A stretch of 64,000 nucleotides of DNA. It comes from Rhina ancylostomus (Eukaryota). The notes beneath the pieces were generated by a model. The model made no database searches. It was not told where the DNA came from and saw only the letters and a program-made list of their open reading frames with translations. The stretch covers positions 15,292,141-15,356,140 of the forward strand of contig JARFYF010000060.1 of assembly GCA_030265395.1 (NCBI GenBank), in the 5' to 3' direction. Both the position numbers and the translations under genes were made by a program. Positions 1 through 13,149 of this stretch are shown one piece after another (positions within the stretch are counted from its first letter, which is position 1; each line of letters begins with the position of its first letter).

Positions 1-59
1 CAGCACTGATATAGGCCATGCAGCAGAGAAAGTCTTTTGGGCGGGGGGGGGGGTGGGGG

Positions 60-815
60 GGAGGGTGGTAGGTATTCTGGAACATGCTTGAAGCAAGGAC
101 TGTTTCACTTAGCCAACAAAAAAATAGACATGGTTAGGGCCCATGCCAGTTCCCATGGCTATCCCTTCGATCTAAAAAAGTTGTTGATGACAAGGACAAG
201 TTCTGTCAAGAGGATGAGAGTGTTAGTGAAGAGGAATTGGCTGGGTCTTTGCTCAAGAAAGAAAGAGGGTCCCAAGACCTTTCCGATGGGGGAGGGAGGT
301 AAAGAGAGACTGGAAATCTATGGTAAAGATGAGCCAATTGGGTAGAGGGCACAAGAGGTGTCCCAGATACAACTGGAAAGGGACTGGACAAGGGATACAG
401 GATGGAGTCCAGATATGAAGAAATGAGTTCAGTGGAGCAAGAACAGACACAATCTTGCCCCACTGAACTCATTTCTTCATATCTGGAGCAGATAGACAGA
501 GCAGTCCTGTTTGTGGATCTTGGGCAAGAGATAGCAGTTAGTGCAGGGTTAGGACACTGAAGTTGAAGGTTGTGGTGGGGAGGTTTCCTGACGTGATGAA
601 ATCTGTAATGGTTTGGGAGACCATGGCCTGGCATTCGTTAGTGGGGTCATGGTCCAGAGGAAGGTACGACGTGGGGTCAGAAAGCTGGCATCTGGCCTCT
701 GGCCTCTGCAAGGTAGAGGTCATAATGCACCAGTCTACCAAGCTCCTCCCTTGTCTGCAGGTTTGATGACGAGGTCAGAATTGGTCTGAAGTGAGTGGGC
801 TGCTGCATACTTGGA
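60..815 (-). mobile_element. Penelope-like element (PLE) reverse transcriptase fragment, frameshifted
   Basis: Minus-strand peptides across frames, EARCQLSDPTSYLPLDHDPT, CSCSTELISSYLDSIL, LIFTIDFQSLFTSLPH and IAMGTGMGP, match PLE RT motifs (TMDVxSLYTxIPH, GxAMGxxxGP). Confidence 0.85.
408..487. repeat. Near-perfect hairpin, 35-bp arms and 10-nt loop, inside the PLE RT
   Basis: 408-442 is the reverse complement of 453-487 with one mismatch. Confidence 0.95.
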
Positions 816-899
816 GAGCAGTTGGCAAAAGGCAACTGGCAGAAGTGATAAACACTAATGGCTTCTTTACCTAATACTTAGGATTTGGAACACTGGTAC

Positions 900-1080
900 C
901 TGGTTTATCATTGTCACATGTACCAAGATACAGTGAAAAGCTTTGCTTTGCATGCTATCCAGACTGATCATTCCAAACCCAAGTATGTCAAGGTAGTACA
1001 AAAAGAAAAATTACAGAATATAGTGCAAGTTACAGACAAAGTGCAGTGCAGGTAGACAAATAAGGTGCAAGAGGCATGAT
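900..1080 (-). mobile_element. Rex1/Babar-type LINE 3' UTR remnant
   Basis: tttatcattgtcacatgtaccaagatacagtgaaaagc resembles Rex/Babar 3' ends; non-coding only. Confidence 0.45.
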
Positions 1081-2574
1081 GCTTTAAAGGGTAATAGTTA
1101 CAGTTTCAACAGAGACTTCAAAAAAGATAAATTAAGTAAAAAAGGTAAACACGTAAAGGAGGAAAAATTCAAGGATGCAAGAAAAGAGCAGAGAAAAAAA
1201 AAAGGCCAACAAACTCAAATTGGTCACAATTTTTTCATCCTGTGGTGTACCATTCTATGATTCTTTAAAGGAAAGAAATCTTTTGGACAAACAGCACGAC
1301 AAATCCAGAGCAAAGGGGGGTGAAATGAGGAATTAAAAAGGCCACTAAAAATCACAATGCTCATTGACATAGAAAGAGCGATCAGGAATGCAATGCAAGG
1401 TTGAAGATTGGTGTGGGAAAGAGGTTCCTTTTCTTTGCCAGTGAGACAGGAAGGGCAGGAACACTGGACTGGGACCAAAGCCTTAATGGAAAGATCAAGG
1501 ACTGTAGAAAAGGCCTTAAACCAATAAAAGTGTGTGTGTCTGCGGGAAGGTGACCTAGTGGAAAAATAAATCTCTCAACAATTATAAAAAAATGTCAGAA
1601 CAGCATTGGGACTACAGGTTGGAGAAATTTCACAGACATCAGTATGTTCAAAATATCACAGCACACTGAATAAAGCAAATAAAGACCATGTTGCAGTCAA
1701 CTTTTCAGATCATAGCTTGATCTGAACACACACACACACACACAATCTAAAAAGGGACACTCACTAATAGTCCTAGTCTGTAACATAAGAGTTAAATTTC
1801 CCGGCTACACATTTTTTTTGAAGAGACGACAGGGAATTGGTAAGGAGGGAGAGTAACAATATTAATAGAAGACACACTTTTGCAAAGGACGGGAGGAATT
1901 TCAACAAAGACAACCAGGCAGTGAAAATAACGGTTTGAATTAAGAAATGACAAAGCATGCAAGACTCTGGTGAGAGTTGTTTGCAGACCTAATGGTGATT
2001 TGTGGGAGAGATGTATGAATATCAAGATCTGGGAAGCATGCAAAAGAAAATGTGGCTATATTGGAAATATTTAATTTTCATACACTGGGAGAAGTAGGAC
2101 AACAATGCCAATGGATTTCTAAAGAATATTATAAACTGTTTTCTAGAACTATGTTTTAGTGCTGATAAGAGAAACACTAACTGGATTTTATGATAAATTG
2201 CCAGAATCAATAATTTGATAAGTGAACATTTTACAAATACTTACCAAAATACGACTGAACAATATTAGATTTGAAAGGGAGAAGAGGTGGCAGTGACTAA
2301 TACGGTTTTAAATTTTAGTAAGGCAAAATTCAAAAGAATGTGAAATATGATGACTGTAGTAAACTGTTAATTAGAAAACCAAAATAGTGGGAATTTTTCC
2401 CCCAAAGAGGCACAATACAAAGCAAATTTTTTTATCTCCAAAAAGGTACAGACGATACCTTCCCATTAAGTAACAAGACGAACAAATGGAAGAGTGACTA
2501 CCAAGTTAAACATAATGGTTCACACAAACTACTAAGTTGAGATTCAGATTGTTGTTCTTTATAGTTCTCCCAAA

Positions 2575-3600
2575 GAACATGAGAAACAGTAGGGAACAAT
2601 TTTCCTTGAGCCTTTTCCACCAGTCAATAAAATTATAACTGAACACATAAATCTCCATGTTCAAAAATCTACTGATCTCAGTTTCGAGTATATACTACTG
2701 AGCACTGTCATCTGAAGTGAAGCAATTCAAAGATTAACAACCTAAGTGAAGAAATCTCTCTTCATTTCAACAATGCAGAACAGCATTTCAACATGCACCC
2801 TGTGAAGTAGTCTATGATTTTATGCATTTCAACATATACACATTCCATCTCTTTCCCAACTTGTCTAGGAACTATGCATTATTTAGGTATGGAGATGAAA
2901 ATGAGTCCACCAAAGCCTTAAGTAACAACAAAAAAAAAGACCTCCTATTCTTATACTACAAGTTCCTTCCAATGTAGACTAACATATCATTTGCCTTCCC
3001 AATTGCATCTGTATGTTCATTTGAGATTCTTGGTACACAGAAAATCATATTCTGCTGCCAGTATTCATTTCTTACCTTTAAAAATTATTTTGCTTTCCAT
3101 TTTTCCTACTACATTATACTCCATCTTTCACTTAACCTGTCTGCCTCTATTGGTAAACATTTAGCTTCCCCTGCCCAGATTACCCAATTACCTTGCTTTG
3201 CACCATCAGAAAAGTTGAGTGCATTACAATGTCCCCTTGTTTTAAGTCAATGAAAAAGATTATGAATGGCTGAGCCTTAAGCATTGATTTTTATGGCACA
3301 CCACCAATTAATCCTGTAAACTTGAAGACTGTCCATTTATTGCTCCTTTAGTTTTCCGTCCTTTATTAATCGTCAATCATTGCTAATAAACTAAGGCTCA
3401 TTCCATGAGCCCAATTCCTGCATAGAACCCTTGCTTGATACCTTATCAAATACCTGTTAAAAATCCAAATGCATCACATCCACTATTTTGTCCTCAACTA
3501 TCCTTCTAGTTTCATTCCCAACATTTTTCTTTCCCCCACAAAACTCTGCTGACTCTACAAAATCATTTTATCATGCATCCATTAAAGGAAAGAAAGAAAT
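2575..3600 (-). mobile_element. Highly decayed CR1 LINE 3' part
   Basis: Starts with an aagaacatgagaaa...gagcc...ccaccagtcaat tail shared with other CR1 copies; internal RT remnants (accttatcaaa...aaatccaaat = DFxKAFDKV on the minus strand). Confidence 0.55.
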
Positions 3601-3827
3601 AAATGGCATGAAAAGGTCACTTAAACAGAAATTTGAAAAGACTGCAAAATTGATAGATCAGATTTATTTTATAAATTTATTGAAAAGGAAGCAGAGACGT
3701 AAATGGGGAATGAGGCTCTTTTAAAAACTTCTGTAAATAAGAATGTAATGGACAAAAAGGAAATACTGTTTACACCGGAGGTAGAGGACAAAATACATGG
3801 GGAATAAATTTTAGAAAGAATCTTAAT

Positions 3828-4429
3828 GGGCTGGATTTTCCACTTAAAAGCCATCAGGTCTTTTTGGATTTTGCTATTTAACTAACGAGAAGCTCCACCC
3901 TTTTAAGGGCAACTATTCACCGATCCCAGGACACCTATAGAGTTCTCAATGGATAGCACAGATTTCCACAGATCTTCCATCACTCATGCTAGGGCATTTG
4001 CCTACTGTGCCAAGTTGAAGAGAGCCCATAGATTCCCGTTGTACCAACCGGTGGCAGAGAGAATGAAAAGAACAAGACAATGTCATTTTTATTTGATTTA
4101 CTCAAGCTGAATTATGTTTTTGTCCTCTATGTGTTTAGTGTTATAATATTTTTTAAATTATATATTTTCATAATATTATTTTAATAGCCATCTTTGAATG
4201 TCTGTGACCTTCACAAAAATCCATTCAAACAACAGATCCGACAATGGATGAGTCTGTCAAGATAATTCATAGGGCAGGGCATTACTATTCTGGGACTCAA
4301 CCAGCCAGGAATGGACTTGCCAGCAGAAGAACGCTCCAGGGTCCCACTGCTGGCAGGCAGTGGCTCTAAAGGCAAGCTTGCTCGACTCACCACTCCAGAG
4401 AAGATCCCCTCCACCTATGAATTCAGCCC
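3828..4429. mobile_element. Possible non-autonomous DNA transposon (short TIRs, AT-rich core)
   Basis: GGGCTGGATTT at 3828 and GAATTCAGCCC at 4419-4429 form imperfect 11-bp inverted ends; no clean TSD. Confidence 0.3.
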
Positions 4430-4659
4430 AAGCAATAAAAATCTTCAGGATATGATAACTTCTACCCCAGGGTGTAAAGATGGGAAAGAAAATTACAAAT
4501 GCCTTTGTCATAATTTTCCCCATTCAAGACCTTAGTTTTAGCAATGTCAAATGACAGAAGATGTCAGATCCTCTCAGGATCTGTTCCAGGAATATAATGG
4601 AATATAAATCTTATCTCAAGCTTCAAGAATTCAAAAGGAGGATTTAGGCCCAAGTTGTC

Positions 4660-5165
4660 CAAAGTTAGATATCCTTCTGGAGGAGTGAATGCAATCCTGA
4701 GCATTACACTTTAGAGAAGAAATACTGCCATCAAAGAGGTATATTGAAAATTCACCAAAGTGCTACCAGGTTGCATAAACTTTTCTTCTATTCCCTTGAG
4801 TAGAGAAGATTATAGACAATTCAAGTGGGATGTTTTATGTTTTCAGGATTGAGTAAGATGTACAGAAAATATCTTTCTGGTGGAGGAATCCAGGACAAGG
4901 TGACAGAACCTTAAAATTAGGTCCAGGATGTTCAGAAACTTCTCTGCACAAATGATAGCGAGAAATCTGGAATTCCCTTCCCGAAAAGGCTGTGGATGCT
5001 GGGAGTCAACAGGCACTTTTAAGAGCAAGTTTGATAGATTTTTGTTTGGCAAGAATGTTAAGAGGAGCAAGATGAGGAAAACAAGTTGAGCTACTGATCA
5101 GCTACAGTTCAAATAAAAGATGGAAGAGGGCAAATGGCCTCCTGCCGACCCTATGTTCTTATAGA
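4660..5165 (+). mobile_element. CR1 LINE 3' fragment
   Basis: Decayed ORF2 C-terminus and CR1-type tail ending atggcctcctgccgaccctatgttctt. Confidence 0.7.
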
Positions 5166-5589
5166 TTCTTATAATCCTTCATAGCTTTAGCTATACTTTG
5201 ATTTTTATTCTATTCCTGCAGATCGAGATGACCTATAAACCACTAAACACAGCAAATGTAAAATGGCCTGTAGAACACGATAGATCCTACATGGCTTCAC
5301 TTCCTGTTTACAACTATTTTCACCACTGCAGATACATTATGGGAAATGCATAAAATTAGTGATTTAATCTTATCAAAACCTTTCAAATTTGAACATCAGT
5401 GTCATATCTCTACAAAAAATATTTTTCTAAAGAAATCCAATTTCTCTGGTCTCTCTCTCTGTAAACAAAATTTCTGAACTCTGGGATCATCTCAAGGAGT
5501 CTCCTACAACATTCAAAACTAGACACATCTAAAAGCTGCCAAATTTGTATGGGTTTCAAACTCTGTTTTTTAAAAATTCATTGACAAAG

Positions 5590-6010
5590 CAAGTATTTAT
5601 CGACAATCCCACCACTTCCAGGACAGTTGTGGTAAATTCCTGTAATCCACATGACAGAAGTTCTCCCATAGTGCTGTTGAGTAGATTTCCAGGATTTTGA
5701 CTCAGCAATGGAGGAAAGGCCATACATTTCTGAACCAAAATGAGAGTGGGATTTGGGTACAAACTCACAGACAGTGTTGACATGAGTCTACTGATCTTTC
5801 ATTCAAGCTAGTAGAGATGGGTTAGGTAGACAATGATGAAAAGCTTTGGCAAGTTACTGCAGAACATTTTGTAGATGGTACATACTTCAGCACAATGACA
5901 GGAGGAGGAGGAGTGAACAGCAAATGTGGTACATGCATTGCCAATCAAGTAGGCTGCTTTGTCCTAGATAATACCAAGAATTGGATTCTGCAGGAGTTCT
6001 GCTCACTCAG
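5590..6010 (-). mobile_element. Fragment of a second CR1/L2-group LINE family
   Basis: Contains reverse-complement similarity to 15480-15680 (ccaatcaagtaggctgctttgtcctagat versus catccaaaggacaaagtagatcacttgactg). Confidence 0.45.
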
Positions 6011-6129
6011 ATACCTACTAAAATGAATTCTATAGCCATTATTTGTAAAATCTAGGGTACATTTCCTGGTATTGCTACTTCCAATTTTTGTATCTGAAAC
6101 TGCAAATCTCTGCTTCTTAGACTAAAGAT

Positions 6130-6350
6130 CCTCTGTGTCCTTCACCTCATCATGAAGTTCTCCAAGCCACAGTCCAACCTGGACATATCAGCATTCCTTC
6201 ATTGTCCCCAAGTCAAAATCTTAAAGTCCATATCTAACAGCACTGCATGAAGCCACATGAGGCACAGTAGTTTAAAGGAAAGGCCTTTTACCACCACCTC
6301 AATAATAACAAACTCCAGCCTCATCTGTGATACCCACAATCAGAATCAAA
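6130..6350 (+). mobile_element. 3' end of the second LINE family
   Basis: ttctccaagccaca...cattccttcattgtc...gtcaaaatc...caccacctc, shared with 15720-15930, 34650-34760 and 60830-60985. Confidence 0.55.
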
Positions 6351-7259
6351 GAATGTTATCTAATGCCTGACTGAGTAAATTTGAAAAGAACATGTCTTTG
6401 GGGACTGTGCTTATCCAATATTGAAGGATTATCTGGAACTTTAGGCAAGTTCATTCTCAGCTTTTCCAATTTCCTTAGCTGTGTCACATATTCCATAATT
6501 TCCCAACTATTGTTTTCTCCTTTAATTCCCCTTTTTTATTTCTGGTCTTCTAATAGGGCAAAAACCACACAGGAGGCAAGAGAAGTCAGGGAAGGGGACT
6601 GGGTCAGGGATCTCAGAGAGAAATCTCATCATACGTACAAGTTGTTAAGCCTTCTAATTGCTGCCTGGACAGTCTGAGATGGCCAATCACTTTCACCCAT
6701 TGCGTTGAGAGCTCTTACCTGGGAAGTCTTCTGATGGGAAACCTGGAATTAAAGAGAGCAGCTCAAGTTAGACAGAGGTCAGCATGTTCACAGAGAAACT
6801 TGACCAATCCCATTCATTCAAATCCATTCACTTAATATTAAAGCCTAAAATAAATACAGAAGACCAATCTATTGCACTTGTGCCAGTGTTTTCTTCCCCC
6901 CCCCCCCCAAAAAAGTTACCNNNNNNNNNNNNNNNNNNNNNNNNNNNNNNNNNNNNNNNNNNNNNNNNNNNNNNNNNNNNNNNNNNATTATCAAATCTGC
7001 TTCCACCAGCTCTTGCGTCCAGAACAATCTGGATCACATAACCTTGTTGCAACAGAAGCAGCTCCACATCTTTGCTCAGATTCCTTGGCCAAACACTTAT
7101 TAGGGCACAGAAAGAGGTCATTCAGCTCATAGGGGTCCATGGGAGCTCCTAACAAAACTATCCTATCAGCCTTTTCTCCCCTCATTTCCCAGTAGCCCTG
7201 CACCTCACTTGGCCACCAATTCCCTATTGGTTATTTTGCCATTTAACTATATTGGAGGG

Positions 7260-7440
7260 GTAATTTACAGCAGCCAATTAACCTACTAGCTTGTCCTTGG
7301 AATGCGGGAGGAAACCAAGCACCTGGTGGAAACCATGCATTCATCAGAAGAGCATGTGCACACCACACAGAGAGGAGTCAATATCAACATCAAACTTGGG
7401 TCCCTGAAGCAGCATTAACAGCTGCGGCACTCTGCCACAC
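7260..7440 (-). mobile_element. tRNA-derived V-SINE (HE1-like), decayed
   Basis: gggaggaaaccaagcacctggtggaaacc is the reverse complement of the V-SINE core (GGGTTTCCTCCGGGTGCTCCGGTTTCCTCCC). Confidence 0.7.
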
Positions 7441-8560
7441 TTAAATGTATCTCTCTAGTTATTGATTCTTGTTCTGCTGGAAGCAATCTCTATTTATCAA
7501 AATGTATTATGATTTTCAATTCTTGACCTCCTCTGCTTTTTGAAGAGCAACCAATTCTACAGCCTCTCTACATAATTGAAGTCTATCAGCCATGGTCTCT
7601 AACAAATCTGCTGTGCACTGTAAGTACATACTTCCTAAAGTACAATGGTCAAAATATTTCACAAAACTAAAAGGTTTCCATAACTTCCTTACTAGGTTTT
7701 AAATAATTGAACTAATGACCCTGTACACTTTATTATAGCTTCCTCCACTTGTTCTGTCACCCTGTGCACATACAACCACAGACCTCGGTACCTGCACCGA
7801 TTTTGAAATGGTACCCTTTAGACAGACACATGAACAATCTTTCTACAATTTTGAACTTTTCAGTAATAAATTTCATCTGCCATGTATTAGCCTATTTTGC
7901 CAGTCTTGCTGAAGCCTTCTGCAATACATGTCATTGTTGATTTCCAGATTTAGTTGAATGTGCAAATATTGAAACCATATCCTGTATAATGCAAGTGCAG
8001 GACACTAATGCTGAAAAGATCAGTGGTACTGATCAACTACGTTGAAGCACCACCTCCAGCCTTAAAAATAACTAATTACTCACAATAGTTCTCTGCTTTC
8101 TATTTGCCAGTTTTGCATCTATACTACCACTGTCCTTTTATCCCATGGGTTTCAATTTGACTAAAAGGTCAATGTAATACACTTTATCAAATGCCTTTCC
8201 AAAGACCACAAGTAAGCCTCTTCAACCACTGGGCACTTTAAAAATTCAAATTACAGAAACTTAAATTTTCCATCATCAAATCAGTGTCAATAAACTTGCA
8301 CTTGCTTTATCAAAAAATAATTTTGTTTTATATTATTAGCTGTAAGAGTTGCCCATCACTGGGAGGAGGCTGACTGGCCCGTAGTTGTTGAATTTATCCA
8401 TCCTTTTCTCCATTTTTGACAATAGAAGTGCAAGATGTGCTAGGCTTTGTTCCTCACACACCAGTCTCCAAACTTACAAGGACTGAAAGACTCACAGCCC
8501 AACAATTTCCAATTTTACTTCCATTCGTAATCCAGGCAGAATGACTTTTCTACTTTGAGA
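7440..8560 (-). mobile_element. Decayed CR1 ORF2 fragment
   Basis: RT remnants (actttatcaaatgcctttcc = KAFDKV; aggctgactggcccgtagtt = NYGPVSL). Confidence 0.55.
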
Positions 8561-10185
8561 ACTGTTGCATTTCTCTTGGTGTGGTACTATTCAATCACCT
8601 GGACTCCACTTTTCAAAAAGAATGATGCAGAAGCACTGGAAAAGGTGCATAAAGAGATTTACTAAAATGGTAGCAGAACCTGGAGGTTATACCTATCAAG
8701 AAAGATTTAATGGGCTGAGTCACTGTTTCCTAGAAATGAGAAGGGTTGACCTTCAAGACTGAGTTTGATAGAGTAGATCGTTACACTACAACACATGAAC
8801 GGGGAGCAGCAGTCAACCACTTTGCCCCTCGAGCCTGCTCAGCCATTTAAGATCATGGTTAATAAGACTTAAAACACAGAGCAGTATAGCAGAAAAATAG
8901 ACCCTTCGGCCCACTGACCTATGCTGACTAGGATGTCAATCTAAACTAATCCCATCTGTCTGCACATGGTCCTTATCCTGCCATTCCCTGCCTGTTCTTG
9001 TGTCTGTCTAAATGCCTCATAAATATTGCTATTCTATCTGCTTCCACCACCCCTCCTGACACTGCATTCCAGCCACCTATTAGTCCCTGTGTAAAAAAAA
9101 ATTTGCCTTGCACATCTCCTTTAAAAACTTTCTTCCTCTCACCTTAAATCCATGCACTCTAATATTTGACATTTCCACCCTGGGATAAAAAGGCTATCTA
9201 ACCTATCCATACCTCTTTTTTTTAAATACATACTTCTATGAGGTCGTGCCTTAGCCTCCAATGCTCCAGAGAAAATGACACAAGTTTGTCCAACCACTCC
9301 TCATAGCTAATACACTCCAATCCAGGCAATCCAGAATGGCACATAATACTCTAAATGTGGCAAAAGTTTCATACAGTGGCAGAATGACTTCCCAACTTTT
9401 ATATTCAATGCTCTGATTTGCCTCAGCCATGGAGCAAACTTTCACCCTCTCCTTGCTTATCTACCTACCTCTCCCTAACACATCCACAGAATCTGCTTCC
9501 ATCATCCAAAGACCCACCACCCTCAAGAGAAAAACATGTCACTTTATCTAATCTTAAATACATTGACCCCTTATTTTTAAATGGTCTCTACAAGCTCTAA
9601 AGTTTCCCACAAGAGGAAACAATCTCTGCACATCTACCTTGTCAAGGGCCTTTAGGATCTTATGTTTCCTCTCTGAATCTTCTCAAGTCTGGAGTTTAGA
9701 ATATTCAGGAGGGGAAAAACAACACAAGATCCCAAGGGGTCTTGACTCATAAGATAATTCACCTATTCATCCAGTAAACCTGATCTGGACTGCTTCCAAC
9801 ACATTAACGTCCTTCTTTCCACAAGGAGACCATTGCTGTACACTGTACTCCAAAAGTGGTCACACCAATGTCCTCATTTTTGTATTTGTTTCTCAAGATG
9901 ATGTAGAGAAGTTGTTTCTACTTATAGAAATGTCCAGAAATAGGGATCATATATACAATGTGTCACTGGTAATTCCAATAGGGAGTTCAACAGAAACAGC
10001 TTTACCAGACAGTAGTTAGAATGTGAAACTTCCTACCAGAGGAGTAGTTGTGGCAAATGGCACTGATGCATTTAAGTGAAACAAATGATGGAGAGATAAT
10101 GCCAGTAGGGAGAAGTAAAATTCAGGTGAACGAGAACTAGTCAAAAGCATAACTGGCCTAGTTTCCTGTGGAAAAACTATGTAAT
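8560..10185. mobile_element. Nested CR1 cluster: a + copy (8560-8780, resuming 9895-10185) split by a - copy (8785-8860, 9470-9880), itself split by a younger - copy
   Basis: Peptide KRFTKMVAEPGGYTYQERFNGL on +; CR1 continuity across the insertions. Confidence 0.65.
8870..9440 (-). mobile_element. CR1 LINE 3' fragment (younger)
   Basis: Peptide IEYKSWEVILPLYETF; tail similar to 55700-55865 and 62950-63145. Confidence 0.85.
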
Positions 10186-11210
10186 ACCTCTACATCCAAA
10201 AACTGAAATCCACTGGCATCTATAGAACCATTACTGCAAAGTTTGAGAGTAGACCCTGGTTGCAATCGCTGTTTATTCACCTTATGCCTATGGACCTGCA
10301 TTCATTGCCTGTGGAACCAAAGCCCAGTGACAGTTAATGACAAAGGGACCCACTGTGGAAAGTTCAGCATGAAAGGTGATTTAAAAAACTAAAATGATGA
10401 TTTCCTCTCCTCACTGATCTGGCCTATTTCACTTCCCACATTGAAACATCCTGCCTGAGGGACCTAGGAGATACAGCTGTTGCTTTCTGTGCATTGACTG
10501 CAATATGAAGTTGCAGTGAGACTGGCTGCAAATAAATCCTTCATTAATCTGAAAGAAAATACATACTGAAGCCAGCTTTGGAAGATGGAAAATGCTACAT
10601 ACTCAAGAGTGTGGAATATTGATACAGAGTCACAACAACATTGACTACTGGAGGCATGTAATTATAAACTCAACATAAAAGGTAAAAATCTTGATTTGTT
10701 GATGTAAAATCTAAATTATTTTTAATAAAAAACTAAGAAGCCATTGGGTCAACACGTTAGGGAATGAAAGTCAAAACATCTGCCTAAACTGCCAGTAACT
10801 GAGTTGAGCAGATAGTCAGGGCAGGGAAAAGAATCTGCAAAGGCACGATAAATGTGGCCCCACCCTCAGGCTGCACAATTGAGTCCTGCAGTCCAAAATC
10901 CGACACAAACAAAACCACAAGGGTGAGAGCCTTTTATTTACATTGCAGGTTTACGAATTTTCCTGGAAACTTTCTTTTCTTTATAAGTCACAAAAAATGG
11001 ATCCAAAAGGTCTAGAATAAGGTATTTGAAAAATTACCATTGCTGGAAAATTATCCTGAAATTTAAAAGGATTAACAGTCAGTTAGAGAATCTTTGGTAA
11101 AATAGCACAAAAGTTTAACTAAATATTATTGTAAGGCAGTGTGTGATTCTTATCATTGTATGCCTACAGATACAGCAAACTGGGCAAAAATAGGCTAGGC
11201 TATAACTCAC

Positions 11211-11266
11211 CTATAATTGCTCAAGAGGCAGAGAGATAAATCAGTAACATTTGCACCAGTTTGCAT
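11211..11266 (-). other. Candidate alternative first exon with short coding part MQTGANVTDLSLCLLSNY, phase 2
   Basis: ATG at 11266-11264 is open to a consensus donor TAG|GTGAGT at 11211/11210 in non-repetitive DNA; no homology recognised. Confidence 0.25.
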
Positions 11267-12404
11267 CTACCAAGAGAGTTGGGAAAGAGAGATCATGACA
11301 TGGCCAAGCATTTGATAAACAGATCTGTTAATTAAATCACCCCCTAACAGAAGGCACTGAAAAACAGATATTAAGTGAAGCCAACAGACATTTCTTGCCT
11401 GCATCAGAGAATAAACGGCTGGACCTGCACCTTTTACCTGATCATCAATCAGACCTAGCGATTTCCATCCTAACATATTCTTTGGCTGGCTCAGTGTGTG
11501 GTGATACCCAACCAGAGGCTCTTCATGGTGTAGATTCACAGCAGGTTAAAGGGAGTCCATGGCAGCCTGCTCCCTGCTTTCATTCTAAGCTATTCGTGTG
11601 CCAATAATGACGGAGACAGTGCTGATCTCGCACACACGCCTCACCAAGCAATCTCACACAGCTTCTCCACTCATATCTTAAAAGGGCAATGTCTTGTCAA
11701 GAGCTTGGTAAGTCCCAACATGCTTTACAAACAGGCATTCACAGTCACTGCCACTACATCAGCTTTATGTGACAAATCACCACAACCCCCATAAGCACTG
11801 ATGAAGTACCAAAAATTGGAAGCAAAAATACTGCAGTGGGCATGAAAATAATAGAAGTACTAATTGTTTCAGGGAGCAATTGTGGAGGGGGGGGGGGGAA
11901 ACGTTAGNNNNNNNNNNNNNNNNNNNNNNNNNNNNNNNNNNNNNNNNNNNNNNNNNNNNNNNNNNNNNNNNNNNNNNNNNNNNNNNNNNNNNNNNNNNNN
12001 NNNNNNNAAAGGAGAGTTCATGGTTCAGGCCTGCAATCCTGTGTTATGCATCTTCTATTTCTGTAATAGCTGGTGAAAGTCTTGATGCACTATTCATTAT
12101 TATTCAACTGTTACTGGGGAGAGTAGGGAGTGCAACAGAAGAATGTGTGTGCATGTGAAAAAAAGTGAATATGGAGAAAATTTAAAGACCAGGCAAGCAA
12201 GAAGAGTTAAAAGAAAAAAAAGGAAGATACAGGAGACAGAAAGCATAAGCCACATAGACATGCCACAGAGAATGGGAATGGCGAAGCGAGAGCATGATAG
12301 AGGGAACAACACAAATAAGGAACTGGAGAATGCTATTCAGCCCCTCGTCTACCATCAACCAATCACCATTTTCCTGAAATTGCTACGTAACCCTTAATGC
12401 AAAT

Positions 12405-12510
12405 GCCCAGTTCTGAAGAAAAGTCATTAATCTGAAATGTTATCTCAATTTCTCTCTCCACAAAAGTTAGCTAGTGTATTTCGAGCATTTTCTGTTTTTA
12501 TTCCAGTGGT
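12405..12510 (+). mobile_element. PLE terminal-repeat (pLTR) fragment with decayed hammerhead core
   Basis: cagtt-CTGAAGA-aaagtcattaatct-GAAA-tgtta followed by tttctctctccaca...cattttctgtttttatt. Confidence 0.65.
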
Positions 12511-13149
12511 CTTTCTGTCCACTAGTTTTAGGCCTTTTCTGTATATGAATTTCCAAATTCCTTGTTCTTCATCACCTTCTAGTTTTGGGACTGGGAGAGA
12601 AAGAACAAAGCAGACAGAAAAAGGGAAAGAAGCAAAAAAAACAAAGGAAAGCAAGCGATCGGAAAAGATGCTGAAAAACGAAACAAGTTTTCAAAACTAA
12701 AATGCAAAATTCAAAATACATACAATAGTGAAGAATATCATTTAATTTATATTTTAAGAGACAAAGTCGTGTGTGGTTTTTTTCCCCCACCACCCCCGCC
12801 CCCCCCATTCCTCGTGTTGTAGTGCCCCACCTTGTCTGGAGTACTCCAATTCCTCATGTCTTGAAAAGACAGATAATTACTCTGCCATTCTACAATGCCT
12901 TACTTATGGCAACTCACACATTAAAATTGTTATTGAAGAGAATCACTTATTATAAACCACACTGCTGTAACCAACATGCTCCCAACTGAAGCAAAAGAGA
13001 ACTTGTGTTGATGGAAAACAGAATTAAGTTTGTTCAAGAAAATGTTTCAGTTTTTCCCATCAAAAGACTGAAAAGGATTTAAATCTAGATATTCCTGCAA
13101 ATCAAAGAATATTTCTCCCTGACAACAAAGAATGCCTCTCTCTGATGCA

